Shown: positions 20,490 through 31,642 of the stretch, piece after piece
How positions within the stretch are numbered: the first letter of the stretch is position 1
How the letters are laid out: each line of letters starts with the position of its first letter
DNA from: Diplonema japonicum
Lineage: Eukaryota > Protista > Euglenozoa: Diplonemea
Reading direction: 5' to 3'
Length of the DNA stretch: 64,000 nucleotides
NCBI GenBank assembly: GCA_964019335.1
Contig: OZ025756.1
Coordinates: 1 to 64,000, forward strand
Notes under the pieces: model-generated
Databases searched by the model: none
Seen by the model: only the letters and a program-made list of their open reading frames with translations
What the model was told of the DNA's origin: nothing
Made by a program: the position numbers and the translations under genes

Positions 20490-21195
20490 TCTTGGCAGGG
20501 TTCGCAGAGTCACAACAGTGGATGCTGACAGGCCCGGCTTCAGAAGGAGGTGTCACTCGGATATCAGCTAATGTGGCCTTCTCAAGATGTTGTACTTCAA
20601 GGATGGTGTATGGGCGCGCCCACAGCCACTCGCGGTTGCTCACTGCCTTGAGGTCAGGGTCAGGTAAGACCTCTTCTGACCAAGTGTAGAAGTAGAGTGT
20701 GAAGTTGTACCTGGGAACAGGCTGCACGGAGATGAGCCTCATGCCAAGATCTGTCTCGCACATACAGCGTGCCTTGTCCAAGTCAGCAACCCTTAAAGTG
20801 ATGTGAGCAAGCGTGGCCTGCTCGCTGAGAGTTCCAGCTGGTTTGGCGTGCCCTTCGAACCCTTGTTGCATTAGCTCGATGACGAGCCCTGCTGGGTCGC
20901 GTAGGTGGCACAGGTAACCAATATCCTCGAATTGTGCCGGCTGCGACACCTCGACACCTGCCTCCCGTACGATCTTCACAACCGCGTCCAAATCCTTCAC
21001 AGTGATCCCTATCTTCCAGTAGGCATCCTTCATCGTCGAGTTCCTCTTCTCACCTCCTTCAACCAACACAAGCTTCAACCCTTCACCGTCATATCCAAGC
21101 CCTTTACCAGTCTCCTTCATGTCTAGTACGCTGCAGTAGAACTTCGTGGTGCCTTCTACGTCGGGCACCTTGAGCGTCAGCTGATCGAAGCGCAT
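20455..21195 (-). CDS. Two-domain VOC/glyoxalase I (lactoylglutathione lyase)-like protein
   Basis: FDQLTLKVPDVEGTTKFYCSVLDM; YWKIGITVKDLD; LRDPAGLVIELM; HITLRVADLDK...LGMRLI...YNFTLYF...ILEVQH. Confidence 0.85.
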   Translation of the reverse strand: MRFDQLTLKVPDVEGTTKFYCSVLDMKETGKGLGYDGEGLKLVLVEGGEKRNSTMKDAYWKIGITVKDLDAVVKIVREAGVEVSQPAQFEDIGYLCHLRDPAGLVIELMQQGFEGHAKPAGTLSEQATLAHITLRVADLDKARCMCETDLGMRLISVQPVPRYNFTLYFYTWSEEVLPDPDLKAVSNREWLWARPYTILEVQHLEKATLADIRVTPPSEAGPVSIHCCDSANPAKTHVLTNSDIGL

Positions 21196-21814
21196 GTTGT
21201 TGTTTGTGTTGTGTGAACTGTTTGTTGGGTTAATAAGAGGTAGGGGAAAAAAAAAAAAAAAAGAAAGAAAGAAAGAAAAGGTTGGTCTATTGTTTCATGC
21301 GTTCGTGTGTGTCTCGTCCCCCCCCCCCCTCTTCTTCTGAGCTGTCTTCGCTTTTCAAAAAAAAAAAGAAAGAAAGAAAAGAAACTTAAGAGGTAAAAGA
21401 GGAAGTTTGTGATTTGGGACGCCCGCACTTGTTCATTTACCGTCATGCTGCTCAGCGCAAGGCTTTGGTTGAAAAGGGACAGTTTCAAAAATCATCATTT
21501 CTCTATATAAAAAGAAAAGAGAAAAACAATTATCGCTATCCCTTGGGTCTCTTTTCGCACCTCCAAGGAGGAAACACTTTTACACTATGATGGGGGGGGG
21601 GGGGTAAATCTCCTTTACGAAGAAAAAAAAAAAAAGAAAGAAAGGCCACAAACCGTTGACAAAATCATCCGGGGCCTCCTTCAACTTTCAGGATTAAGAG
21701 CTTACAGCAAACTTTTAGATTTGTCGTTGCAGTTGCATCAACAATCTTGTTGTCGAGATTTAAAACGAGTTGATTAATAAGTTATAGTAACCATGTGTTG
21801 GTCAAGGACTAAAG

Positions 21815-21852
<38 letters not shown>

Positions 21853-22626
21853 ACTCCATGTCGTTGAGAGCTGCTAGCATGGGAAAAAAGAAAAGAAGAA
21901 AAAGAAAGAAAGAAAGAGAAAAAAAAAGGAAAAAAAAACGGACGGTCTTTTAAATCTTCAAAAACAGAACTTTTTTTTTTTATTTCTTTTTCTTTTTTTC
22001 TTTCTTTTTTGGGGTTCACTATGAGAAGAGGGTTTATTATAAAGAGTCTCTTCCAAAGGGTACCCCCCCCCCCCCCCCCCCCCCCCCTCTAGTTAAGGGT
22101 TGGGGTTGAGAGAAAGGAGGGGGGAAAGGGGGATCACCCCTCCGTTTCTTTCCGCGACTTATTGTGAGTCAAAGACTAAAAAAAAGGGGGGGGTGGTGAT
22201 TGTGTTGAAAAATGATACGAAGTGGAAAAAAGAAGAAGAAGAAAAAAAAGGGAGGAAAAAAAAAGAGAAAAAAAACGTGACACCTGGGAAGTACTTTTTC
22301 TTCTTCTTTTTTTTTTTTCTTTTTTGGGGGAGGGAAGGGACAGTTCACTTAATACCCCAAAACCGGTCTTTTTTTTTCTTTTTTTTTTTTCCTTTTTTTT
22401 TTTTTTTTTCCCCGTCTGAGGGGCCTATCCACTAAACATCACTGGAAAACATATTTTTTTTTCTTAGAAGTGAGAATGTCTAGAAGTGAGATTGTCATCT
22501 CAGACCTAGGTTCTACGAGAACTACCACCACCACCCCCCTTTTTTTTCTTCTATCAGCGTACCAAGAATTAAATGAGTAAAATACGGTTATCTGAAGGCA
22601 AATAAAGTGAATCGGGGTAGAAAATT

Positions 22627-22764
22627 AAAAATAATTCTTTATGACTATATGTCTTTGTTGTTCGCACGAGCAAAAAAGATTTTTAAAAAGTTGCGAAAGT
22701 TTTTTGCTCGGCACAAGTTGCATATAGTTATAAAATCATTTTTTGAAAGATAAATATTTGTAAC
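22627..22764. repeat. AT-rich fold-back dispersed repeat, family 2 copy 1
   Basis: TTTATGACTATATG...CATATAGTTATAAA and CGAGCAAAAAA...TTTTTTGCTCG arms; near-identical to 24403-24670 except for an insertion there. Confidence 0.8.
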
Positions 22765-22767
22765 AAG

Positions 22768-22804
<37 letters not shown>

Positions 22805-23269
22805 AGTATTTTCGGAGTAGAGCTGTAAGGAGGTGATAAAGCGTGTAAATTACAAATGCCCCGAACTTTATAGATAGTTACACGGTACCTTTTCTTCTCC
22901 CCTCACTCTTCAACTGGGCAGCGCCACGCGACCAAAGTACGAGCCTTGACATCAATACCGATACCAGCCCCACTATGGCTCATGTTGCCACTTGCGATTT
23001 CTTTCAAAAGGAAAATCGCAAACAGAGTAGAAGTGAGGGTAGAGAGCATTGTGCTAACCTCCGTTCGTTAATAATATCCAGGGGGGGGTTCAAGAAAATC
23101 GTTTTAGGCCTGATTAGAGATGGTGACAGTGGCAATGCCAGCGACAGTGGCAGCTCTTAGTCAACAAAAGGAGGAAAAACAACTTGTATTGTAACCTTTG
23201 TAACCCCTCTCTTGTTGTACCCCTTATCACCCTGTTGTGCCCCTCGTGGTGAAGTAATTTCAGAGTGTC

Positions 23270-23374
23270 GTGAAATAAAACCACTTACCTACCGCCAAGT
23301 AATGCTTTACCGACCTCTCGGTTCCGCATTTTACGTAACGGTAAAGTCATTACTTGTTGGCAGTAAATAGCTAT
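23270..23374. mobile_element. 3' terminus of a divergent subfamily of the Helentron-like element
   Basis: GTGAAATAAAA-cacttac-ccgccaa...ttgttggca-gtaaatagctat scaffold shared with copies 1 and 2, with a different but complementary stem (CTTTACCG/CGGTAAAG). Confidence 0.5.
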
Positions 23375-23377
23375 TTA

Positions 23378-23770
23378 TATTTCACTCTTCGTCATTTTTC
23401 TTCACTCACCAGGGGACTCATTATTTAACGTGAAATGGCCATTATTTAACTAGTTAAATAATGAGATTTTGCAGTTAAATAATGGCGCTTCAGGGCCAAA
23501 AAAAAGCTGGCTTGTGAATAAAAAAAAAAAGAAAAGAAGAAGAAAAAAAAAAGACAGCAGTGAAAACAGTGAAGGGTGGGTGAACTCAAATGACGAAAAG
23601 TGAAATAAAACGACTTACTTGCCGCCAAATGAGTCATTATTTAACACTCGTTACCGTTTTTTTTTTTTTTTTTTTTTTTTGCACTCGGGCCCTGCGCCGG
23701 GCCCTCGTGCGAAAAATTCGAGAACTCGAGATAAATAATGACTCATTATTTGTTGGCAATAAATAGCTAT
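23378..23770. mobile_element. Helentron/Helitron2-like non-autonomous element, copy 2 (internally shorter)
   Basis: Same 5' TIR (23378-23397), subterminal IR (23588-23607), palindrome and 3' hairpin as 920-1489; lacks ~190 bp of the interior. Confidence 0.6.
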
Positions 23771-24270
23771 TGCTTAGATTTCTTGTTTTCTTGTTTAAAA
23801 ACTACCGGTTAGGGGTAGCCTGGATACTATGGTTAATTGCAACTTAGAAAGAAAAGAAAAAAGAAAAGAAAAACGTACAAAGACAAAAGGGAAAGAATCC
23901 ATAAGAAAACCAAACAGAAACGAAGAAGAAAAAGAGAGAGAGAGAGAGAGAGAAAAGGAAAAAGAAAAAACAAAAAAGAGTCAGCTGATTGCTAGCGCAA
24001 GCCGTTTTCACCTACACAGGGATAAACAGACACGCTCTCTCGATTTCTCGTCTTTTTTTTTTTCTTTTTTTTTTCTTTTTTTTCTTTTCCCGCATAACAT
24101 TTCTATTCAAAGTTTGTATACTTGTTCCAGCTAAGAAAAAAAAAAGAGGGGGGAAGGTTTACTCCCCCCTCCCTCCCTTTTTTTTTCCTTTCTCTTTTCT
24201 TTTTTTTTTTTTTTTTCCATTTATTATTATCCCTCTTTTCTCTCGTTGAACGGAATGTGAATAGAGAGTA

Positions 24271-24302
<32 letters not shown>

Positions 24303-24402
24303 CTTTTTTTTTTTTGAATGGATTTTCTTCTTGAGTGCACCCGACGCAGATCCGAGAATTTCAGCACTGGATTATTGGGCACCACCACCAACCACTTGGG
24401 GA

Positions 24403-24670
24403 AAAAATAATTCTTTATGACTATATGTCTAGCCGGTCGACCCTGGTTCTCTTAGGGGTCGCCTCACTCCGGCCTGGCGTCTGGCACGGAGGCGGGGAGG
24501 TGGGTGATTAAACCCTCTCTCCACCCGCTTTGGCAGTCTTTGGCGGCATTTTACTTTTTTGTTGTTCGCACGAGCAAAAAAGGTTTTTTAGAAAGCTGCG
24601 AAAGTTTTTTGCTCGGCACAAGTTGCATATAGTTATAAAATCATTTTTTTGAAAGATAAATATTTGTAAC
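24403..24670. repeat. Fold-back repeat family 2 copy 2 with a ~128-nt GC-rich insert (24431-24558)
   Basis: Flanks align with 22627-22764; the insert is absent there. Confidence 0.8.
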
Positions 24671-25222
24671 AAAAAAAAAAAAAAAAGAAAAGAAAAAAAA
24701 AAAAAAAAGATAAAAGCCTCACCACGAAGCCCCCCTTAGAAAACAGCACAACAATTGCCCAATAGTCCGGATCTGAGATATCTGATAATGTCTTGGATCT
24801 TAATCGGATTGCTCTAGGCGGAGGGGGAGTGCCCCACCAATCGTGGGCGCTTTTTCTTTTCTTTTTTTTCTTTTTCTTTTCTTTTGCACTAAAGATTCAG
24901 CGTCGCGAATCACTTATACGAAAGGAGAATGTCTTTTTTTTTTTTAAAGGGGCTCTAGCATCTATGTGATGGTGCAGATAGCTCCTGCTGCAAAAAGAAA
25001 AAAAAAAACTTTTTTTTGGCGACTAAACGCTAAGAAGGCCGAAAACTACATTCGATAAGCTACTCTTTTTCGGGTAAAAGGTACTTACTTAGAAACTCGA
25101 GTTTTTTTTTGTAAAGTAGTTTTGACCCCCCCCCCCCCCCCCTATTTCAAAAAAAATATCACGGGTTTTAACCCTAAAGTGCGTAGTTGCTTTTTGACAA
25201 GTGTTGCCGTCATCAATTATTG

Positions 25223-25266
<44 letters not shown>

Positions 25267-25432
25267 ATATGGCTAACACTGACAACAACTTTGCTGTAGA
25301 TATTGGGAATTTTTAACGTGACATCTTTCGATGATAACAAACATCAAAGAAATGCAGGAAAAGGGGGTGGGGGGGGGGGGGCCAAAAGAGTTTTTTCTTC
25401 TTCTTCTTTTTTTGAAAGAAGAAAATCCTCCC

Positions 25433-28400
25433 TTACAGCTTCACAAGCTTGGCATATCCCCTTCTGGGTGAGTAACTTTGGCTGTGTCTCAGTTCTTCGA
25501 AACTGTTTGAGCTCAAGGGCGATTGCATCCCCGACTTTACCGAGCCGTCCAGGCACGGTCGGTTCAGAAGGCTCAGCAGAGGTTGCATGTCCAATTGTGA
25601 TCCTCTGGAGTTAACCTTCCTTGGTGTGTCTATCGTTACAGAGGCTGCGAAGAAAGTGTCATCCATCTCAGGGCCACACGACGAAATGCTCATTTCACAC
25701 AAGCCAACGAAGCTGGCATCGCCTGTCAGTCGGCCTTTCCACTCGTCCACATTCCCTGCCCTTGCAGCCCGAACCGCGTCCCACCGCCTCCCAATCTTCA
25801 CATCAAGGCAGTACAGAATCAGGTCGTACGCACCCTTGAACATCATCACCAGTGCAGTGATTAACAGCAGGTAGGCCGCCCATTCCATCATCACCTCACT
25901 GCCGCCCACTCCTATGGCGATCGCCATCAGCAGGACCGCCACAAACATCAGCCCGCTCAGCAAAGTTGCTGTTATCATGTCAAGAGTCGAGTTGTACGGG
26001 CGGAGGATCACAACCGCCAAGAAGTAGAAGAACAGGACAAGGGTGATCATGACGTTCCTGAACATGCACATCCCGTGGTTGCTCGGCTTCCAAGCAGAAG
26101 ACAGGGACAGGGAAAGGATCTGCGCCATCTCCACAAGGGAGAACCAGTGGAAGTTGTGCCTGAACTGCTCGAAGAAGAGCCCGTACTGCTCCACAAAGTA
26201 GTCGGGTGCTCCGTCCTTCCGAACCCACACCTCTGATCCATAGACAAGGATGTAAGCAGTGCGCTTCCACCCAGTGTACACCGTCCCTGTGTCTTCCTTC
26301 GCGTTGTTCTCCGTTTCCTTTCCGAACCCCTTCACGATCTCTGCTGCGTCTGCGTTGATCTTCGGGTCGGGGACCGTCGTTGCCCGGAACCTGCCCCTCT
26401 TCAAGAGGATGAACCACATGAGAGGCGGGAGAGAAAGACATAGTGCGAGTACAACCGCCCCAACAACAGCAACCCATGAAGGCGCGCGCGAGGGGAAGAA
26501 GGCAAGGTTTGACGCCGCAATCGATGTCCCTGTGAGAAGCCATACCATCGGGATGTAGACCAAACCAGGTGCCCGAACGTAAAAGATTGCCTTTTCCCAA
26601 GGTACCTTCAGCCATGCCACCTGTGCCCATGCCGTCACGTAGTTCAACACGAAGAATACCACCACAATCCCAAGGTTGGAGACAACAGCCCCCAAGAAGT
26701 ACTTCTGCTTGTGGTCCCCAATCCCGAAGCCAAGAGGATGGAACTCCCAGTCCAGAGGCTCCCCACCCCCAAGGTCGATGTCTTCAACCTCGCAGTTCAT
26801 CCCAATCACAGCCGCAAGCTTAGCACCACCAGGGTTCACTGCTGTGGCTGCTGAAGTCGCACCTTTCGCTGCCTTCTTCTGAGAAGCAGGGAAGACCTTC
26901 CCAGGGGAAGGTGTAGGGGGGATAGCTTCCTCCTTCGGTGCCTGCGTAGGAGGAGAGGTCAGCACGGCTGTGGGGGTTACCGTCGCCGGTTGCTGTGTCA
27001 GTGGTGAGAAGGTCCCAGGTACCTCCGTCGAAGGGAGCTGCGTTGGCACTGACGTTGGAACAGTCGTTGTTGGGGCAGAAGTGGGAGCTGCCGTCGGTAT
27101 GAGGGTGTCGGGGGCTGCTGTTGGGGAGGGTGCAGTTGAGGGAACTGCTGTGCTCGGCGAAAATGTGGGCGGGACAGTTGTCGGTGTTGTGGGAATCTGT
27201 GTGGGGGCTACCGTGAGAGGTACCGGGGTATTGGGGAATGGCGTCACAGGAGCAGAGGTAGCAGGTGCCTTCGTGTCGGGTGTTGCTGTGTCGGGGAAGG
27301 GCGTTGAAGGTGTCAAAGTAAGAGGGACTTTCGTATCGGGAAAAGGAGTTGACGGTGACGTGGTTAGGGGGGTATTGGTGTCAGGAAAAGGAGTCAGTGG
27401 AGCACCGGTATCGGGGACACTGGTGTCAGGGAAGGGTGTTGCGGGTGCTGAAGTAGTGCCAGGGACAAGTGTATTAGGCGACAATGTGTCAGGAGCTGGT
27501 GTGAGTGGTGATGTTGTTCCAGGAAATGGGGTTGCAGGAGAATCAGTATCTGGAAAAGGTGTTGTAGGGACATTCGTGTCAGGTACAAGAGTGTTGGGTG
27601 CTGAAGTATCAGGTGCGCGAGTGTCGGGTGCGGATGTATCTGGTGCAGTAGTATCAGGCGCGGGAGTATCAGGTGCTAGAGTATCAGGTGCTGGAGTATC
27701 TGGTGCTGGAGTATCAGGTGCGCGAGTGTCGGGTGCGGATGTATCTGGTGCAGTAGTATCAGGCGCGGGAGTATCAGGTGCTAGAGTATCAGGTGCTGGA
27801 GTATCGGGTGCTAGAGTATCAGGTGCTAGAGTATCAGGCGCGGGAGTATCGGGTGCTGAAGTACTAGGTGCGGGAGTGTCTGGTGCTAGAGTGTCGGGCG
27901 TAGTAGTGTTGGGTGCAAGAGTGTCGGGTGCAGGTGTATCAGGTGCGGGAGTGTCTGGTGCTGGAGTGTCGGGCGTAGTAGTGTTGGGTGCAAGAGTGTC
28001 GGGTGCAGGTGTATCAGGTGCGGGAGTGTTGGGTGCAGGAGTCCTAGGTGCAGGAGTATCGGGTGCAAGTGTGGCAGGTGCAGATGTTGGATAAGGGTTG
28101 TAAGAGCACAGATGGAGGTGGGACCCCGAACAGTCTACATCAAGGAAACCAGGACCGACAGAGAAGTCGTAAACAGTGCACAACAGTCCTGGCAATCCAC
28201 CAGGCTTGGGAGACGTCTCGCATCCGTTCCCGCTCGAAGGCCAGTCTGCGACACGATGCTTGCTGTCACCGCACCAGACAGTCACATAATCAATGACTGA
28301 CCCGTCTTCCCAGCTGAAAACACGAGGAGCCGTTTGGGCGACCAAGCCACCCCAAAAAGACTTGTCATAGGTATTGTGGACAAAGAACTTATCGTCAAAC

Positions 28401-29179
28401 GCACTATGGACGGAGAAAAGGAGTGCAGAAGGGTTTGTGGCGGCGCAAACAGAGGGGTTGTATGTAGAAGGGGTCGTAGTACGAAAGTGGCAATTTCCAT
28501 TGTAAAAGGACCCAGAAGCGCAGGGGTAGCTTCCAGACAACATTGTAACGCCGTAGAGAGCACTTTGAGTCCCCAAAGATGCAGAGTAACCGGGCGTTCC
28601 CGAATTTAATTCAAGTCTGCAGCCCAAAGAAAATCTCTGGAACGGGTTCACATTTCCGTAAGACTGGGCCCTACCTCGTCGCACACCGTTGAACTCAGTG
28701 ACGATGTTATTCGATGCAGGGTTGATGATAAACAGCAGATGGCACCATGTCTCACTGGTGGTCACTCGTTCAACTCTGTTCCGTGTGCTAGACCTCAGGG
28801 TGATATCGTGAGTATGCATACTAAGCTCAAGAAAATTTCTGCTACCAGCACTATCTGATTCCCAGGAAAAGAGAGTCTGTCGGTTAGACTTGTAGTTCGG
28901 TCGAACCCACAAAGATATTATTGTTTTCTGCCGTAAGAGTAGAGCTGCTGCCTGGGTACTGGGATGCAGACACGCGTCGCTACCAGTTATCTCCACTACT
29001 TGTTCCCCAGTCCAAAGATCAGTTCGGTAACCCATGGCGTTGTGAGTCAGATCGTGTCCGTTATTACTACTATCGTCCCACGTTCCGTCGAAGAGCCACT
29101 TCGCTACTACACTGCTTTCCACACCTACCTGTGTCATGGCGAAAAGCAGGATGCTTAACTTAAATATATTTGCTTTCAT
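25433..29179 (-). CDS. Surface receptor-like protein: signal peptide, LamG/ConA-like domain, C-type-lectin-like domain, Pro/Thr mucin stalk, multi-pass TM C-terminus
   Basis: Start MKANIFKLSILLFAM; AKWLFDGTWDDSSNNGHDL (LamG-like); CASGSFYNGNCH...FWGGL...FSWEDGS...C (CTLD-like); (PDTPA)n; several hydrophobic segments. Confidence 0.8.
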   Translation of the reverse strand: MKANIFKLSILLFAMTQVGVESSVVAKWLFDGTWDDSSNNGHDLTHNAMGYRTDLWTGEQVVEITGSDACLHPSTQAAALLLRQKTIISLWVRPNYKSNRQTLFSWESDSAGSRNFLELSMHTHDITLRSSTRNRVERVTTSETWCHLLFIINPASNNIVTEFNGVRRGRAQSYGNVNPFQRFSLGCRLELNSGTPGYSASLGTQSALYGVTMLSGSYPCASGSFYNGNCHFRTTTPSTYNPSVCAATNPSALLFSVHSAFDDKFFVHNTYDKSFWGGLVAQTAPRVFSWEDGSVIDYVTVWCGDSKHRVADWPSSGNGCETSPKPGGLPGLLCTVYDFSVGPGFLDVDCSGSHLHLCSYNPYPTSAPATLAPDTPAPRTPAPNTPAPDTPAPDTLAPNTTTPDTPAPDTPAPDTPAPDTLAPNTTTPDTLAPDTPAPSTSAPDTPAPDTLAPDTLAPDTPAPDTLAPDTPAPDTTAPDTSAPDTRAPDTPAPDTPAPDTLAPDTPAPDTTAPDTSAPDTRAPDTSAPNTLVPDTNVPTTPFPDTDSPATPFPGTTSPLTPAPDTLSPNTLVPGTTSAPATPFPDTSVPDTGAPLTPFPDTNTPLTTSPSTPFPDTKVPLTLTPSTPFPDTATPDTKAPATSAPVTPFPNTPVPLTVAPTQIPTTPTTVPPTFSPSTAVPSTAPSPTAAPDTLIPTAAPTSAPTTTVPTSVPTQLPSTEVPGTFSPLTQQPATVTPTAVLTSPPTQAPKEEAIPPTPSPGKVFPASQKKAAKGATSAATAVNPGGAKLAAVIGMNCEVEDIDLGGGEPLDWEFHPLGFGIGDHKQKYFLGAVVSNLGIVVVFFVLNYVTAWAQVAWLKVPWEKAIFYVRAPGLVYIPMVWLLTGTSIAASNLAFFPSRAPSWVAVVGAVVLALCLSLPPLMWFILLKRGRFRATTVPDPKINADAAEIVKGFGKETENNAKEDTGTVYTGWKRTAYILVYGSEVWVRKDGAPDYFVEQYGLFFEQFRHNFHWFSLVEMAQILSLSLSSAWKPSNHGMCMFRNVMITLVLFFYFLAVVILRPYNSTLDMITATLLSGLMFVAVLLMAIAIGVGGSEVMMEWAAYLLLITALVMMFKGAYDLILYCLDVKIGRRWDAVRAARAGNVDEWKGRLTGDASFVGLCEMSISSCGPEMDDTFFAASVTIDTPRKVNSRGSQLDMQPLLSLLNRPCLDGSVKSGMQSPLSSNSFEELRHSQSYSPRRGYAKLVKL
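27590..28085 (-). repeat. 15-nt coding minisatellite (APDTx pentapeptide)
   Basis: Repeated GTATCAGGTGCT/GCG units with higher-order duplicated blocks. Confidence 0.9.
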
Positions 29180-30209
29180 TTTTGTGGACCACCCGTCCTG
29201 TTTGTTACGGATCACATGAAAAAAAAGAAAGGTACAAGACCCTTATAAAAATTACGTTATCACTTAATGATCCATGTCCACGGTCATCTTTAGTAAAAGG
29301 CGAAAGATGAGTTCGTTATGAACAAGAATCGTGAGATGCCCTCCGAGCCCCAACAGAAGCCCATCTAATGACTGTCCTGACACACAAAAAAGGGGTGCGT
29401 AGCTCTCCGAAAAAAAGAAAAAGATATGCCTACACGAACTCGATCCTGCGTCCTTTTCAATGTGGTGAAACTATTTTTTGTTCACCCAGCAGTCACATAT
29501 ACCCCAAGCTCAACTTTTTACAAGTAATCCTCGATTACTGTAGGAATGCATACTGGGACGTGCGAAGAGGCGGACATGACGCACTGTGAGTGCAGATGCA
29601 CCTATGTGTAATGATGAACACACATTTACCTTTTATCTTCAACTTTTCTTTATGATGGCAGTAGGAGCGCCGGCGCTGTGAGCAGTCACGTGCACGTTTT
29701 CTGAGCAGTCCCAGTAGACGACCATTCTCAGCATTTATGACACTAGCCACCTCCACAAGAACATCGGTTAGTCCCTCCAAAGGCAAAAAAAGATGAAGGC
29801 AAGAACCTCCAAATGTGTATTTCAATTTTACACAAGCTGTAAGTGACCAGGTTGCACATTCTCCATCATGAAATGACGGAGGCAAACAAAGGTTGCAATC
29901 ATCGCTGTGCTCATGCGGTGCAAGCCTGGCCTCTGTCATCATCCAGCTTTGGTCTTGTGCCGAAGTAAGTAATCTCCAACACGAATATACTCAAAAACAG
30001 ATCCTGTGTAGAGTACAGTCTTGCCCTTCGTGAACCCTTCAAAACCCGATATCAGGATAACACAACCCTGCATCGAATACAGAGGATTATGCAGGAGAAG
30101 ATTTTGAAAAACGGGGAAAAGCTGCACAACCTTGAATCGAACCAGCAACACCGCAGGAAAACTCAATAAAATTTCAGTGTGCATGGGGGTGCTCACTTCA
30201 TGGAAAAAA

Positions 30210-30315
30210 AAAAAGGTGATACTTTCTCGATTAATGCGTGTCATCCTTGCGCAGGGACCATGCTAATCTTCTCTGTATCGATCCAATTTTAACGGATGTT
30301 CCATTTCTGGACTCC
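30210..30315 (-). ncRNA. U6: U6 spliceosomal snRNA, copy 2
   Basis: Reverse complement of 9910-10015, identical by eye, including ~67 nt of upstream sequence. Confidence 0.95.
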
Positions 30316-31024
30316 AATAGACACTTGACAGCACAAGGTGGGTTTCTGCGGTGTGGGCAACTCAGAATTAAAACAACGCACAGTGGAAACCGAACAGCGA
30401 CTTCGTTCAAATCTTCATCATGTGTAAACCTGTGTTATCGGTGGAAACGTGTAATGAACAAAAAAAAAAAAAAAAAAAAAAAAAAGTATGCAATTCACTT
30501 ACTTAGTGCCCCCTAAAAAGCAATTTCTTTTGTTGCTCATTTTTTTTCTTTTCTCTCTCCTGTCTACATTGCATAATTTTCTTTTTCTCAACAAGAAATG
30601 GGGATGTAGAGATATCCTGCCTTAGATCCCATTTGCGAAAAAAGGAAAGAGAGGGAGAGCAACGAAGAACAAGAGAGGAGAAGACTGAGAACCTTCCAGG
30701 ATGAATTGGCAAGGTTCAGCAGGGGGTGTGGATATAAAAAAAAAAAAAAAAAAAAAAAATGATGTAAGTGGAGAAAGAAAAATGGAGGGGGGGGGGGAAG
30801 AAAAAAGGGAGGGGGAGGAAAGAGAGGGAGTTTCATAGATAACGTTGTAGCGAAAAGGAGAGAGAGAGAGAGAAAAAAAAGGGGGGGTACCCTGACGCCT
30901 TTTGACAACATTGGCTGCTTGGCTAGCCTTTCTCATTTTGCACCCACACACAGAAAGAAAATATAAGCTTTCCACCGGGAAAACCCTCTTCCAAAGAATT
31001 CGGCGGGTCGTAAAACAGGCTGTG

Positions 31025-31072
<48 letters not shown>

Positions 31073-31601
31073 AACAACCAACGTGCAAAAGTGCATCAAA
31101 GAAGCGACCGAAGTGCACCTTCTACAGGGGGGAGGGGCATAAAGAAGTGCACCTTCTACAGGGAGAGAGGCATAAAAATTTTTTTAGAATATATTTTACA
31201 CTCTGTCTTCTCAAAAGGAAAAGAACATAGAGACGTAAAATTCATAGAAAGGGCCCAGCTACGAAGAGCTATGGGAACCTTTTAAAATTTTCTTTTCTTT
31301 GTTTAGACATATAATCTAGTAAGGGAGAAAAGGACTAATAAATAGGGGGGGGGAAATGCAAAAAAAAAGTTTGGAGAAAGAAAAGAAATGTCTTCTCCCC
31401 CACTTTTTCATTTCTTCTTTTTTTTTCCACATGAAGTACATCTTGCTACGTGGAAGAAGAATTAAAAAGTTTAAGAACCATTTCTTTTTTTTCTTTTTCC
31501 CCAACATTGTATTTGAAAAAAGGGGCGGGGAGGGGGAAAAGAAAAAAAAATTGATAATGGGAGGATAATAGATAACAAAGAAGGGGTAAAAAAAAAAAAA
31601 G

Positions 31602-31642
<41 letters not shown>

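Noticed and set aside
23283-23290. ACTTACCT as a U1 snRNA 5' end
   Set aside because: No U1 stem-loops or Sm site follow; it is part of the transposon-like terminus.
21200-25400. Short K/F/G-rich ORFs in intergenic DNA (also 30400-31900)
   Set aside because: Translations of poly(A/T/G/C) tracts.
26970-28094. 374-aa plus-strand (VSGAG)n ORF
   Set aside because: Antisense reading of the PDTPA minisatellite.
29368-30150. ORFs of 73-135 aa downstream of U6 copy 2
   Set aside because: No motif or compositional support.
31111-31175. ~33-bp direct repeat AAGTGCACCTTCTACAGGG
   Set aside because: Two-unit local duplication with no evidence of function.
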